Assembly (NCBI GenBank): GCA_904381285.1
Contig: CAJFII010000003.1
Span: 78,292 to 142,291 of the forward strand
Length of the DNA stretch: 64,000 bases
Reading direction: 5' to 3'
From: an uncultured Clostridia bacterium
GTDB lineage: Bacteria > Bacillota > Clostridia > TANB77 > CAG-508
Shown: one piece after another, positions 1-12,966 of the stretch
Numbering within the stretch: the stretch's first letter is position 1
How the letters are laid out: each line of letters starts with the position of its first letter
Program-made: the position numbers and the translations under genes
The notes under the pieces: model-generated
Databases searched by the model: none
What the model was told of the DNA's origin: nothing
The model's input: the letters and a program-made list of their open reading frames with translations, nothing else

Positions 1-84
1 TAAAAAAATTAATATAGTTTGAATTATATCAACTTTTTTTGAGAAATCTGTTATTCTTTTATTAATAACACTTTCATTTTCCAT
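1..84 (-). CDS. N-terminal part of a CDS running off the window edge (MENESVINKRITDFSKKVDIIQTILIFL...)
   Basis: AAAGGAGG RBS upstream of ATG at 84; frame open to the window start. Confidence 0.55.
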   Translation of the reverse strand, partial: MENESVINKRITDFSKKVDIIQTILIFL

Positions 85-342
85 TTACATTTCCTCCTTT
101 TATAAAATAGAGCTCTATAACAAAATATATTAAAATGATAATTACTTAAATGTTCATATTAGCTCATTTTAAGTTATTATATCATAAATAATTTTGTTTT
201 CAATATTATATATTCAAGATATCTACAAAACATACAGTATATAAGACAAAAAATTCTGGGCTACCATTGAAAAATATAGATAATTAATGTATAATATTTC
301 TATAAAAAATTAAAAAGATAATATAGGAAGAGATGATAAATA

Positions 343-1248
343 ATGGGTTTTTTTCATAAATTAAAAGAAGGACTAAACAAAACAAAAACATCTTTTGATG
401 AAAAATTAAATAATGCTTTTAGTTTATTTAGAAAAGTTGATGAAGAATTATTAGAAGAACTAGAAGAGATACTAATTATGTCGGATGTAGGATTAGAGAC
501 TTCTACTAGTATTATTTCAAAGTTACGTGATAGAATAAAAAAAGAAAATATAAAAGAAATAGAGCAAGTGAAACAAGCTCTAAGAGAAGAAATGCAAAAA
601 ATATTAGATGAAGTTGACAATAAACTTAAATTAAATACTAAACCGTCAGTTATTTTAGTAGTTGGTGTAAATGGTGTAGGAAAAACAACATCGATTGGAA
701 AAATTGCTAATAGATTAAAAAAAGAAAATAAGAAAATTGTAATTGCAGCAGCAGATACTTTTAGAGCAGCAGCTGTAGAACAGTTAGAAATATGGGCAAA
801 TCGTGCAGGATGTGATATAGTAAAAAAAGAAGAAGGAGTAGACCCAGCATCTGTTGTATATGAAGCAATAAAAATTACAAAAGAAAAGAATGCAGATATA
901 CTAATTTGTGATACAGCAGGAAGATTGCATAACAAAAAATATTTAATGGATGAACTAGAAAAAATAAATAGAGTAATTAATAAAGAATTACCAGAAGCTT
1001 CAAAAGAAATCTTATTAGTGTTAGATGCAACAACTGGTCAAAATGCAATATCACAGGTAAAAGCATTTAAAGAAGCAACTAATGTTACAGGGTTAGTCTT
1101 AACAAAACTTGATGGTACTGCAAAAGGTGGAGTGGTAATTGGAATTGTAAATGAAAATAAAATACCAGTTAAATTTATTGGTGTAGGGGAACAAATAGAA
1201 GATATGGAAATATTCAACAGTCAAGATTTTATAAAAGCAATATTATAA
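343..1248 (+). CDS. ftsY: Signal recognition particle receptor FtsY
   Basis: GVNGVGKTT, DTFRAAA, DTAGR and TKLDGTAKGG motifs. Confidence 0.97.
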   Translation: MGFFHKLKEGLNKTKTSFDEKLNNAFSLFRKVDEELLEELEEILIMSDVGLETSTSIISKLRDRIKKENIKEIEQVKQALREEMQKILDEVDNKLKLNTKPSVILVVGVNGVGKTTSIGKIANRLKKENKKIVIAAADTFRAAAVEQLEIWANRAGCDIVKKEEGVDPASVVYEAIKITKEKNADILICDTAGRLHNKKYLMDELEKINRVINKELPEASKEILLVLDATTGQNAISQVKAFKEATNVTGLVLTKLDGTAKGGVVIGIVNENKIPVKFIGVGEQIEDMEIFNSQDFIKAIL

Positions 1249-1258
1249 GGAGGTAATT

Positions 1259-4102
1259 ATGCAAGAAGAAAAAGTAGAAGTAAAAAATAATGTACCAGAA
1301 AAAAAAGCAAAAAAAATAAGAACAAGAGTAATACTTGTTTTGGTGTTTATTATTTTAATAGCTATATTTGCATATATTTCATATAGAGGTACTTATTTAG
1401 AAACAATTGAAATTGGAGAAAACTTTAAACAAGTATTTACTACAAATTTAAAATATCAATATATAACAATAGGAGTAAATTTTATACTACTATTTATAGT
1501 ATTTTCGCTTGCTAACAGAAGTATAAAAAAAGGATTAAAAGCTTTTTTTGATGAAGAAAAGAAAGACATGCCTAAGTTACCAAGTAAATCAATTGCATTT
1601 ATATTATCTGTGATTGTAAGTATTATTGTTTCTTATGTGTTTTCAGAACAAATAGCTTTATTTATTAATAAAGCATGGTTTGGAATTAATGACCCGGTGT
1701 TCGGAGCTGACATAGGATTTTACATTTTTGAACAACCATTTTATGAGAATTTAATTTTATATTTTATGGCAATTATTGTTGGAATAATGATATATGAAAC
1801 TATCTATTATATTATAATTTTCAATATATATTTTGATGGAATTAATGTTCAAACACTTAAAAAGAGCAAATTTTTAAAACAAATTATGAATAATATTATA
1901 ATTTTATCTTTTGGAATAGCTGCATACATTTTAGTATCTACACAAGGAATGGTTAATGATAAATTTTTAATTTTAAATGATGATAACTCTACTGGAATTT
2001 ATGGAGCTGGAATTACTGATGTTACAATTAAATTATGGGGATATAGGATTTTTGCAATAGTAATAATAGCTTGTGTTTATAGAGCAATTAAAGCATTTAA
2101 AGAAAAGAAAAATAAAAAAGTTATTACATCTATTTTAATAGTGCCTGGGTATTTAGTAATACTTTTTGCGGTAATGGTAGGCTTTAAGTTAATTTACATT
2201 AATACAAATGAATTAGATAAGGAAAAACAATATTTAGCATACAATATTGAAAATACAAAATCTGCATATGGAATAAAAATAGATGAAATAGATATAAACA
2301 ATACTGAGGATACATCTAACTTAGATGAAATTGAATCAAACATGGAGCTTATAAAAAATGTTGCAATGGTAAGCCCAGATGTTACTTTAAAAACTATTGG
2401 TGTAACTCAAACAAGTACAGGATACTACACATATAGAAATTCTAATATTGCAAAATATAATATTGCAGGAAAAGAAGAATTAGTATATATTTCTCCAAGA
2501 GAAATTCTAAGTAGTGGAGATAGAACTTATAACAATAAAACATATGAATATACACATGGTTTTGGAGCAATTATAACAAGTGCTAGCTCTACAGATGAAT
2601 CAGGTAATATTAAATATCTTCAAAAAGATTTTGTAAGCGATAATCAGGCAGTAGAAATATCACAACCAAGAATTTATTTTGGATTAGAAACTAATAATAC
2701 AATTGTTACTAATACAGAAAACAAATCAGAATTTGATTATCCAACTACAACTTCACAAAATGCAGAATATACATATGATGGTCAAGCAGGACTTAAATTA
2801 AATTTTCTTGATAGAATAATATTAGCTATAAAAGAAAAAGATATTAATTTGGCTTTCTCAAGTAATATGACAGACAATAGTAAAATATTAATAAATAGAA
2901 ATATTATTGAAAGAGCTAAAACAATAATGCCATATTTAATATATGATGAAGAACCATATTTAGTAATAAGTGATGAAGGAAGATTAGTATGGGTATTAGA
3001 TGCATATACTGTAACAGATAAATATCCATATTCACAGTATACAACAATTCAACATGATGGTATAAAAGAACAAATAAATTATATTAGAAACTCAGTAAAA
3101 GTATTAATAGATGCATATGATGGAACAATGAGTTTCTATATAACTGATAAATCAGATCCAATTGTAATGGCATATAGAAATATTTATCCTGATTTATTTA
3201 TGGATTTAGATGCTACAATACCAGAAGATATTGCAAGTCATTTTATATACCCAGAATTTTTATATAATATACAAGCCTCAATATTACAAAGATATCATAA
3301 TGTTAGTACAGATGTTTTGTATAGAAGCGATGATGTCTGGGAAATTGCAAAAACTTCACAAGGAACAACAAATTCTACTTCATCAAAAGGAGTTGCACAA
3401 GAACCATATTATACAATGTTAAAAACAATTGATTCAGATGATTATGAACTAGGACTTGTATTACAATATACACAACTTGATAAGCAAAATTTGCGAGCAT
3501 ACTTAGTAGGAAGTTATGATGAAAATGGTAATGCAAAATTAAAACTATATAAATTTTCACAAGATAGTAATATACTAGGACCAATGCAATTAGATACTCT
3601 ATTAAATCAAGATGAGACAATTTCGCAAGAATTAGAAACATTGAATGTTACTGGAACAAGAACTATAAAGAATATGATTGCAGTTCCAATAAATAACACT
3701 ATTCTTTATGTGGAATCTATCTATCAAATATCTTTAAATGAAGCAAAAAGTACGCCAGTACTGAAAAAGGTTGTAGTAGCAGCTGGTAATAAATTAGCAA
3801 TAGATGATACTTTAGAAGGGGCAGTTAAAAATTTACTTTCTCAATCAGCGGTTAATATTGAAGTTGAAAATACAGACACAATAGAAGATTTAGTAGATGC
3901 AATAATAAAGGCAAATACAAATTTAACTACTTCTTCTAACAATAATGATTGGGAAATGATAGGAAAAGATTTGAAAAAATTGCAAGAATTGATTAACAAA
4001 TTGGAAATACTACAAGAAGAAAAGAAAGAGGAAGAAGAAGAGAATATACTAAATACAGAAACTAATATAATAAATTTAAATAATCAAAACATAATACAAT
4101 AA
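1259..4102 (+). CDS. UPF0182 family membrane protein
   Basis: 947 aa; N-terminal TM helices, DPVFGxDIGFY, YTHGFG, PRIYFG, NYIRNSVKVxIDAYDG. Confidence 0.85.
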   Translation: MQEEKVEVKNNVPEKKAKKIRTRVILVLVFIILIAIFAYISYRGTYLETIEIGENFKQVFTTNLKYQYITIGVNFILLFIVFSLANRSIKKGLKAFFDEEKKDMPKLPSKSIAFILSVIVSIIVSYVFSEQIALFINKAWFGINDPVFGADIGFYIFEQPFYENLILYFMAIIVGIMIYETIYYIIIFNIYFDGINVQTLKKSKFLKQIMNNIIILSFGIAAYILVSTQGMVNDKFLILNDDNSTGIYGAGITDVTIKLWGYRIFAIVIIACVYRAIKAFKEKKNKKVITSILIVPGYLVILFAVMVGFKLIYINTNELDKEKQYLAYNIENTKSAYGIKIDEIDINNTEDTSNLDEIESNMELIKNVAMVSPDVTLKTIGVTQTSTGYYTYRNSNIAKYNIAGKEELVYISPREILSSGDRTYNNKTYEYTHGFGAIITSASSTDESGNIKYLQKDFVSDNQAVEISQPRIYFGLETNNTIVTNTENKSEFDYPTTTSQNAEYTYDGQAGLKLNFLDRIILAIKEKDINLAFSSNMTDNSKILINRNIIERAKTIMPYLIYDEEPYLVISDEGRLVWVLDAYTVTDKYPYSQYTTIQHDGIKEQINYIRNSVKVLIDAYDGTMSFYITDKSDPIVMAYRNIYPDLFMDLDATIPEDIASHFIYPEFLYNIQASILQRYHNVSTDVLYRSDDVWEIAKTSQGTTNSTSSKGVAQEPYYTMLKTIDSDDYELGLVLQYTQLDKQNLRAYLVGSYDENGNAKLKLYKFSQDSNILGPMQLDTLLNQDETISQELETLNVTGTRTIKNMIAVPINNTILYVESIYQISLNEAKSTPVLKKVVVAAGNKLAIDDTLEGAVKNLLSQSAVNIEVENTDTIEDLVDAIIKANTNLTTSSNNNDWEMIGKDLKKLQELINKLEILQEEKKEEEEENILNTETNIINLNNQNIIQ

Positions 4103-4151
4103 TGTATAGAATTCATAAAAAAAACCACCCTATATAATATAAGGTGGTTTT

Positions 4152-4445
4152 ATGTTTATAAAAAAATCAAAATTAGAGAAATTAATGAAAAATATAGATA
4201 AATTAAATTTTACTTTAACTAAAAATAATTTAATAGATTTAGCAGAAATTCTAGGAAATAGGAAGGAATTACTAATTAGAAACTTAATTGCAGGAATGGC
4301 AAAGGGGATAGGAATTGGTATAGGATTTTCTCTTCTTACAGCAGTATTAATTATTATATTACAAAAAATAGTAACCTTAAATATACCGGTTATAGGGGAT
4401 TATATAACTGATATAGTAGAAATAGTAGATAGAAATAGAAGATGA
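4152..4445 (+). CDS. Small membrane protein (DUF5665-like)
   Basis: NLIAGMAKGIGIGIGF segment and IPVIGDYI tail. Confidence 0.65.
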   Translation: MFIKKSKLEKLMKNIDKLNFTLTKNNLIDLAEILGNRKELLIRNLIAGMAKGIGIGIGFSLLTAVLIIILQKIVTLNIPVIGDYITDIVEIVDRNRR

Positions 4446-4554
4446 TATTATTATTAAAAAAGAAAATATAAAATTATTCTATTTAGTATTTTCTTTTTTA
4501 GTTATTTTGTATATAATAGGAGAAGTTATAATAGATATATAATAGGAGGAAAAA

Positions 4555-7163
<2,609 letters not shown>

Positions 7164-7180
7164 TATTTTAAGGAGAAAGA

Positions 7181-7420
7181 ATGGAAGGAATCTACACTTT
7201 TGAAAGATTTAATAATGAATTAGACAATGGTTTTCAAATATATTTTACCTATGTTAATAATAGATATTTAGTTTTTAAAACCTCAGAAAATTGTTATACA
7301 CAAAAATTAATATCCACTCATGAAAAGAACCCACAACCAAGAATGCTAATGATTACGCACAAAAGATTAAAAGAATTATTTCCACATATGACAGAAATTG
7401 AATATAAAGTAATGCTATAA
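7181..7420 (+). CDS. Hypothetical protein
   Basis: 79-aa ORF with AAGGAG RBS, directly after ligA. Confidence 0.7.
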   Translation: MEGIYTFERFNNELDNGFQIYFTYVNNRYLVFKTSENCYTQKLISTHEKNPQPRMLMITHKRLKELFPHMTEIEYKVML

Positions 7421-7527
7421 TAAAAGGTTTAAGAATTCGTTAATTGAAAATTAAGATTTATGTGCTATTATAAGATTATAAAATGTAGGACAAATGAGAT
7501 AAAATATGAACTAAAAGGGGTGTAATT

Positions 7528-8205
7528 ATGGAGGAGAGTAAATTTCAAAAAATTAAGAGTCAAGTTATTAAAATATTTTGGGTTTTTTTAATAGGTAGTG
7601 TTATTGGGTGTATATTAGAAACAATTGTAGGATTAATTTTTGATAAAACTTTTCAAATTAGGCAAGGCCTTATATATGGACCTTTTATTCCTGTATATGG
7701 AATAGGACTTGTTATGTATTATGTAATTATAAGCAATGTAAAGGATATAAAAAAGGTATTTTTATTAAGTATGCTTTTAGGAGGAGCTATTGAATATTTT
7801 TGTTCACTATTTCAAGAAATATGTTTTGGAACTGTTTCATGGGATTATAGTGATATGTTTTTAAATATTGGAGGAAGAACTAGCTTATTATTCTGCTTTT
7901 TCTGGGGAATAGCAGGTGTAGTTTTCGTCAAATTTATATTGCCACTTTTAAGAAAAATAGATATGTATTTATATAGTAAAAAATTTAAGTGTGTTACAGC
8001 AGTTTTAGCCGTATTTATGGTGATGAACATAAGTATATCTTGTATGGCAGGTGCAAGACAGAACGAAAGAATGCAAAAAATAGAAGCAAGTACAAAGGTA
8101 GATGCATTTCTGGATAAATATTATCCAGACTGGGTGATGAATAAAGTATATTCAAACAAAATTAATAGAACTAGAATGCCAAAAGCAGAAAAAGTAAACA
8201 TATAG
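7528..8205 (+). CDS. Putative ABC transporter permease-like membrane protein
   Basis: GLIYGPFIPVYG, WDYS...NIGGRTSL motifs; paralogous to 52733..53299. Confidence 0.75.
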   Translation: MEESKFQKIKSQVIKIFWVFLIGSVIGCILETIVGLIFDKTFQIRQGLIYGPFIPVYGIGLVMYYVIISNVKDIKKVFLLSMLLGGAIEYFCSLFQEICFGTVSWDYSDMFLNIGGRTSLLFCFFWGIAGVVFVKFILPLLRKIDMYLYSKKFKCVTAVLAVFMVMNISISCMAGARQNERMQKIEASTKVDAFLDKYYPDWVMNKVYSNKINRTRMPKAEKVNI

Positions 8206-8214
8206 TCTAATAAC

Positions 8215-8250
8215 AATAAAGGAATTAGTGATATTACTAATTCCTTTATT
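8215..8250. terminator. Bidirectional intrinsic terminator
   Basis: 15-bp inverted repeat AATAAAGGAATTAGT/ACTAATTCCTTTATT between convergent genes. Confidence 0.8.
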
Positions 8251-8259
8251 CATACAATA

Positions 8260-8962
8260 CTAATTATTTTCGACTTCTTTTTTTTGATCTTCTGTTATAT
8301 AGCCATATTTAACCATTGCATTTAATACAGAGGATTGTCTCTTTTTCGCTAAATCTGGATTTTTGGTAGGAGAATATACACTTGGTGCATTAGGGAGTCC
8401 AGCAAGCATAGATGCTTCATCTAAATTTAAATCTTTTGGTTCTTTATTAAAGTAACCGCATACTTGCTTCTCGTATACCATAATATCCATCGCCATAATA
8501 AATAATATTAATATATAATTCTAAAATTTCATCTTTAGAATAATTTTTTTCTAAATCAAATGCTACAAATAATTCTGCTACTTTTCTTGTAAAAAGTTGT
8601 TCTTGGGTAAAATATAAAAGTCTTCCAGTTTGCTGACTAATAGTACTTCCTCCTGCAACAATATCCTTTTCTCTAATGTTTTCAAGCATTGACCTAGCGG
8701 TTGTAATTAAATCAATACCATTATGTTCTTTGAATCTATGATCCTCAATAGCAATAATGGCATTTTTAAAATTGTCTGGGATATCATTTATAGATGTGTA
8801 ATTTTCATTGGACTTAATTTCAGCTATTTTGTCAGCAATACTAGTTTGGCTAATGGCATTATGATACATAATGTAGCCCATAAGGGTAATACCACTAACA
8901 AGTAAAATTAAAATTATTAAAATTGCTAAAATTATTCTTTTAAAAATTTTCACAAATATCAC
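8260..8962 (-). CDS. Monofunctional peptidoglycan transglycosylase (GT51), 233 aa after a +1 shift at CGG 8456-8458
   Basis: EDHRF, GGSTISQQ, RKVAE, ELYIN in frame 0; ATG C GGT TAC TTT joins GYFNKEPKDLNLDEASMLAGLPNAPS. Confidence 0.85.
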
Positions 8963-9030
8963 ATCCTATATAATACATTTTATAAATAGAGTTTTTTCTA
9001 CATTATACACTACTTTTATTAAATAACCAA

Positions 9031-10770
9031 TTAATTTTTTATTAATTTTATATAGTCGTTAGGATGTACATTTACTGTTGAGTAATTTGTATATATAACC
9101 ATTCCAGGTTTTGCTGAAGATGGTTTTTTTACATATCTTACAAAGGTATAATCAACGGCAACATTTGAAGAAGATGATGCCTTACTATAAAATGCAGCAA
9201 GACTTGCACATTTATTAATTAAATCTTGTTCAATTTCATTTCCATTTGTCCTTAATACAACATGACTTCCATGAACATCTTTTGTATGAAACCATAAATC
9301 GTTTTTATGTGCGAATTTTAAAGTTAAGTAATCATTTTGCTTATTGTTTTTACCAACATAAACAGTATAATCATCAATAGTATAAACGAAAGGCGAAAAA
9401 CTTTCTTCTTTGTTTTTCTTTTTAGGTGTATTCTTCTTTGAACTTGTTTTGGAATTAGAAAGTGTATTTTTAAACAATATGTTCTCTGATATTTCTTCAT
9501 ATATTAAATTTATATCTTCAATAGTTTTGGCATTTTCTAATTCATATATTATACTTTCGAGATAATCAATTTGCACAGAAGTATCTTTCTTTTGAAGATT
9601 CACTATTTGTAAAGCATTTTTAAGTTTGTTATACTTTTTAAAATATTTCTTTGCGTTATATGAAACAGATATAGTTTTATCAAGTGGAATTTTAATTAAA
9701 TTATTATTATCATAATAATTTTCTAGTTCTATACTATCAACATTTATATTATTGTTTATTTTATATAAATTAGCAGTAATTAATTCTCCATATAATTTAT
9801 AGGTATCCATTTTATTACATTCTTCTAATTTTTGATTAATATTAGAAAGTCTTTTTGTATATTTTTTTAATTCAGCCAATATAAGTTTTAGAATATTATT
9901 TCTATAATTTTTAAAACCATCTTCTAATTCTTTTGTTGAATAAAAGGTATCTATAAAAGAATTAACCTCTAAAGTATCCGCTTCTTCTGCTATATCAATA
10001 ATATAATCATTTTTATTATTGTACTTATAAGGTAAACAGCACAAAAAAGGAGAATTAATAATATTTTTTATATAATTATATAGTATTTCTAAATCGTTCT
10101 TGTTTATTGCGTTGGTAGAAAGGTGTAACTTTTCTAATAAATATTGTAGAAAAGGTTTACTAAAACCTGTAAAAGTATTAATAATAGTATCTATAATATT
10201 TGAATTTTCTGCATTTATAACAGTGTTATAGAATTCACTAAAAGATGTTAAATTTATAAAACTAATTTTATTATTAGAAGGCAAGACATATTTATGAGCA
10301 GGTAGTATATCTCTGGTAGAATGCGTATAAGTATCAAGATGTCGTAAGCTATCAATTATAATATCATTTTCGTTTAATAATATTACATTACTATGTTTAC
10401 CCATAAGTTCAATAATAAGTTTTTTTGTAGTTAAATCATTTAATTCATTAAAACCTTCTAATTCAATAATAATAATTCTTTCTAAATCATAATTATATAT
10501 TGATTTTATATGCATGCCTATTAAATGCTTTCTAAGTAACATACAAAAATTAAATGCATTATTTGGATTTGGTTTAGTAGAAGAAGTTATATGAATTCTA
10601 TAATTAACTGGATTAATACATATATTTAATAAATAATTTTTTCCATTAGAATAAATACCTAATAAAATTTCATTTTTATTAGGTTCATATACTTTTGTTA
10701 CTTTACCATTTAATAAACAAGTATTTAATTCTTTTGCAACTTGTCTTAAAACTATACCATCAAAAGCCAT
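9031..10770 (-). CDS. rqcH: Rqc2/RqcH (FbpA/NFACT) ribosome quality-control protein
   Basis: MAFDG start, IELMGKHSN, VGKNNKQND, WFHTKDVHGSHV, KPGMVIY. Confidence 0.9.
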   Translation of the reverse strand: MAFDGIVLRQVAKELNTCLLNGKVTKVYEPNKNEILLGIYSNGKNYLLNICINPVNYRIHITSSTKPNPNNAFNFCMLLRKHLIGMHIKSIYNYDLERIIIIELEGFNELNDLTTKKLIIELMGKHSNVILLNENDIIIDSLRHLDTYTHSTRDILPAHKYVLPSNNKISFINLTSFSEFYNTVINAENSNIIDTIINTFTGFSKPFLQYLLEKLHLSTNAINKNDLEILYNYIKNIINSPFLCCLPYKYNNKNDYIIDIAEEADTLEVNSFIDTFYSTKELEDGFKNYRNNILKLILAELKKYTKRLSNINQKLEECNKMDTYKLYGELITANLYKINNNINVDSIELENYYDNNNLIKIPLDKTISVSYNAKKYFKKYNKLKNALQIVNLQKKDTSVQIDYLESIIYELENAKTIEDINLIYEEISENILFKNTLSNSKTSSKKNTPKKKNKEESFSPFVYTIDDYTVYVGKNNKQNDYLTLKFAHKNDLWFHTKDVHGSHVVLRTNGNEIEQDLINKCASLAAFYSKASSSSNVAVDYTFVRYVKKPSSAKPGMVIYTNYSTVNVHPNDYIKLIKN

Positions 10771-10785
10771 TTTATATTCTCCAGT

Positions 10786-11518
10786 CTATTTAGTAAATTT
10801 AATAACAGAATGTAATGTTTTTTCATCTTCACTTTTTATAATTACATAATGTATATCTTCTATATTAGAATAAAAACATTTTACTGTTTCTCCAAGTTTT
10901 ATTTCTTTTTTATACATAATTTCAAAATTATTAAATTCATAATTATAATATATATCATCTGGAAGTGTTTCATAAGCCAAATCTAAGTAATATACATTAT
11001 GCATATGGTTATTAATATCGATATCCTTTCTTTGAACTTTATATGTTATGAAAGAAGAATATTCTTTTGGAACAGCTATTTTTCCAATTTCCGCTTCACC
11101 TTCAAAAACACTAATATTTTCTGGATGATATTTAGAAATTAGCTCTTCAGATATTTTCTTTATTTCCATAGTTTTTGCATCTAATAACAACCATTTAGTA
11201 GTTGCTATAGCAAGTGTACTATTATTCATATCAAGAACTTCAAAATCACGATATGTATAAAATTTCTCTGAATTTCTTGCCCAAGTTTTTATGAATATTT
11301 TTTCTCCGTAAATAGGACGTTTTAATACTCTAACTTTCCAGTTAAGTAGTATCCATGTAAGTCCAGTTTTTTCGATATCATTTAGTCCATATCCAACTTC
11401 ATTTGAATGCATACCGAGCTATATCTTCAAGGTATCCAATTAAAGCTCTATTTGTTAGTTTATTACTTTTTCCAACATCTTTAAACCCAATTTCAAAAGT
11501 ATGATCAAATGTTCCCAT
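10786..11518 (-). CDS. Acyl-ACP thioesterase, 243 aa after a +1 shift at CGG 11414-11416
   Basis: RBS plus ATG at 11518 (MGTFDHTFEIGFKDVG...LEDIA); GCT C GGT ATG CAT joins the ORF with DIDINNHMHN motif. Confidence 0.85.
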
Positions 11519-11557
11519 TTTTACAATCAACTCCTATAAATATTTTATTAAAAAAGA

Positions 11558-11586
11558 TTGACAAAATTAATTGTAACACATATAAT
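11558..11586 (+). promoter_or_regulatory. Consensus sigma-A promoter of tRNA-Thr
   Basis: TTGACA-17 bp-TATAAT. Confidence 0.85.
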
Positions 11587-11601
11587 GTGTTCTGTAAATA
11601 T

Positions 11602-11677
11602 GCTTCTATAGCTCAGTTGGTAGAGTGCTACCTTGGTAAGGTAGAGGTCACCGGTTCAATCCCGGTTAGAAGCTCCA
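11602..11677 (+). tRNA. tRNA-Thr(GGU)
   Basis: Cloverleaf; anticodon stem CTACC/GGTAG with loop TT-GGT-AA; GTTCAATC T-loop; encoded CCA. Confidence 0.95.
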
Positions 11678-11679
11678 GG

Positions 11680-11714
11680 GAACTAGATTTGTTAGAATAA
11701 TCTAGTTCTTTTTA
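11680..11714 (+). terminator. Intrinsic terminator after the tRNA
   Basis: GAACTAGATT/AATCTAGTTC stem followed by a T run. Confidence 0.75.
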
Positions 11715-11853
11715 TAGATTAGTTGATAAAATTATAAAAGGTTCTGTTTTATATTGTTTAGTATATTTTAAAAGTTTATAATTATTTTATAGATTTTTAT
11801 ATTACTTTGTGATAGAATAGGAAAAGCTAAAAAAGTTAGGAGAGATAAAAGAA

Positions 11854-12945
11854 ATGAAAATAGGAATCGTTGGACTTCCAAATGTAGGAAAAAGTACAAT
11901 GTTTAATGCTATAACAAACGCGGGAGCAGAATGTGCTAATTATCCATTTTGCACAATAGAACCAAATGTGGGAGTAGTACCTGTTCCAGATGAAAGATTA
12001 GATAATCTTGCAAAAATGTATAATCCACAAAAAATTACACATGCTATTATAGAATTTGTAGATATAGCAGGACTTGTAAAAGGAGCAAGTAAAGGTGAAG
12101 GATTAGGGAATAAATTTTTATCACATATACGTGAAGTTGATAGTATAGTTGAAGTGGTAAGATGTTTTGAAGATCCAAATGTAGTTCATGTTGACGGAAA
12201 TATTAATCCTTTAAGAGATATTGAAACAATAAACTTAGAATTAATTTTTGCGGATATTGAAACTGTTGAAAAAAGATTAGATAGAGCAAAAAAACAATTA
12301 AAAGCAGATAAAAAATATCAAGCAGAAATAGATTTATTTGAAAAAATAAAGAAAACATTAGAAGAAGGAAAGTCAGCAAGAACAATTGATTTTTCAGAAG
12401 AAGAAAAAGATTTATTAAAAGATACATATTTACTAACATTAAAGCCTATACTATATATTGCAAATGTATCAGAAGAACAATTAGCAACAATAGATAGTGA
12501 TAAATATGTAAAACAAGTACAAGATTACGCAAAAACAGAAAATGCAAAAGTAATACCTCTTTGTGTTAAAATTGAAGAAGAACTATCAACTCTAGATGAA
12601 AATGATAAAAAAGAAATGTTAGAAGCATTAGGACTAGAAGAATCAGGATTAGATAAAGTAATTAAAGCTAGTTATGATTTGCTTGGACTAATGAGCTTTT
12701 TAACAGCAGGAGAACCAGAAGTACGTGCTTGGACTATAAAAAAAGGTACAAAAGCTCCACAAGCTGCTGGAAAAATTCATTCTGACATTGAAAGAGGTTT
12801 TATTCGTGCAGAAATTGTATCTTATGATGATTTAATCAAAGAAGGTTCTATGAATGCAGTTAAAGAAAAAGGATTATTACGTTCAGAAGGAAAAGAATAT
12901 GTAATGCAAGATGGCGATGTTGTACTATTTAGATTTAATGTATAA
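11854..12945 (+). CDS. ychF: Ribosome-binding ATPase YchF
   Basis: GLPNVGKST, NYPFCTIEPN, DIAGLVKGAS, EYVMQDGD. Confidence 0.97.
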   Translation: MKIGIVGLPNVGKSTMFNAITNAGAECANYPFCTIEPNVGVVPVPDERLDNLAKMYNPQKITHAIIEFVDIAGLVKGASKGEGLGNKFLSHIREVDSIVEVVRCFEDPNVVHVDGNINPLRDIETINLELIFADIETVEKRLDRAKKQLKADKKYQAEIDLFEKIKKTLEEGKSARTIDFSEEEKDLLKDTYLLTLKPILYIANVSEEQLATIDSDKYVKQVQDYAKTENAKVIPLCVKIEEELSTLDENDKKEMLEALGLEESGLDKVIKASYDLLGLMSFLTAGEPEVRAWTIKKGTKAPQAAGKIHSDIERGFIRAEIVSYDDLIKEGSMNAVKEKGLLRSEGKEYVMQDGDVVLFRFNV

Positions 12946-12966
12946 GTTTAAAGGAGGAAATAAATT

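Noticed and set aside
11602-11677. tRNA-Thr as a frameshift suppressor or integration site
   Set aside because: Normal 7-nt anticodon loop with GGT, and no duplicated 3' end seen.
11509-11700. 63-aa ORF
   Set aside because: Overlaps tRNA-Thr and its promoter.
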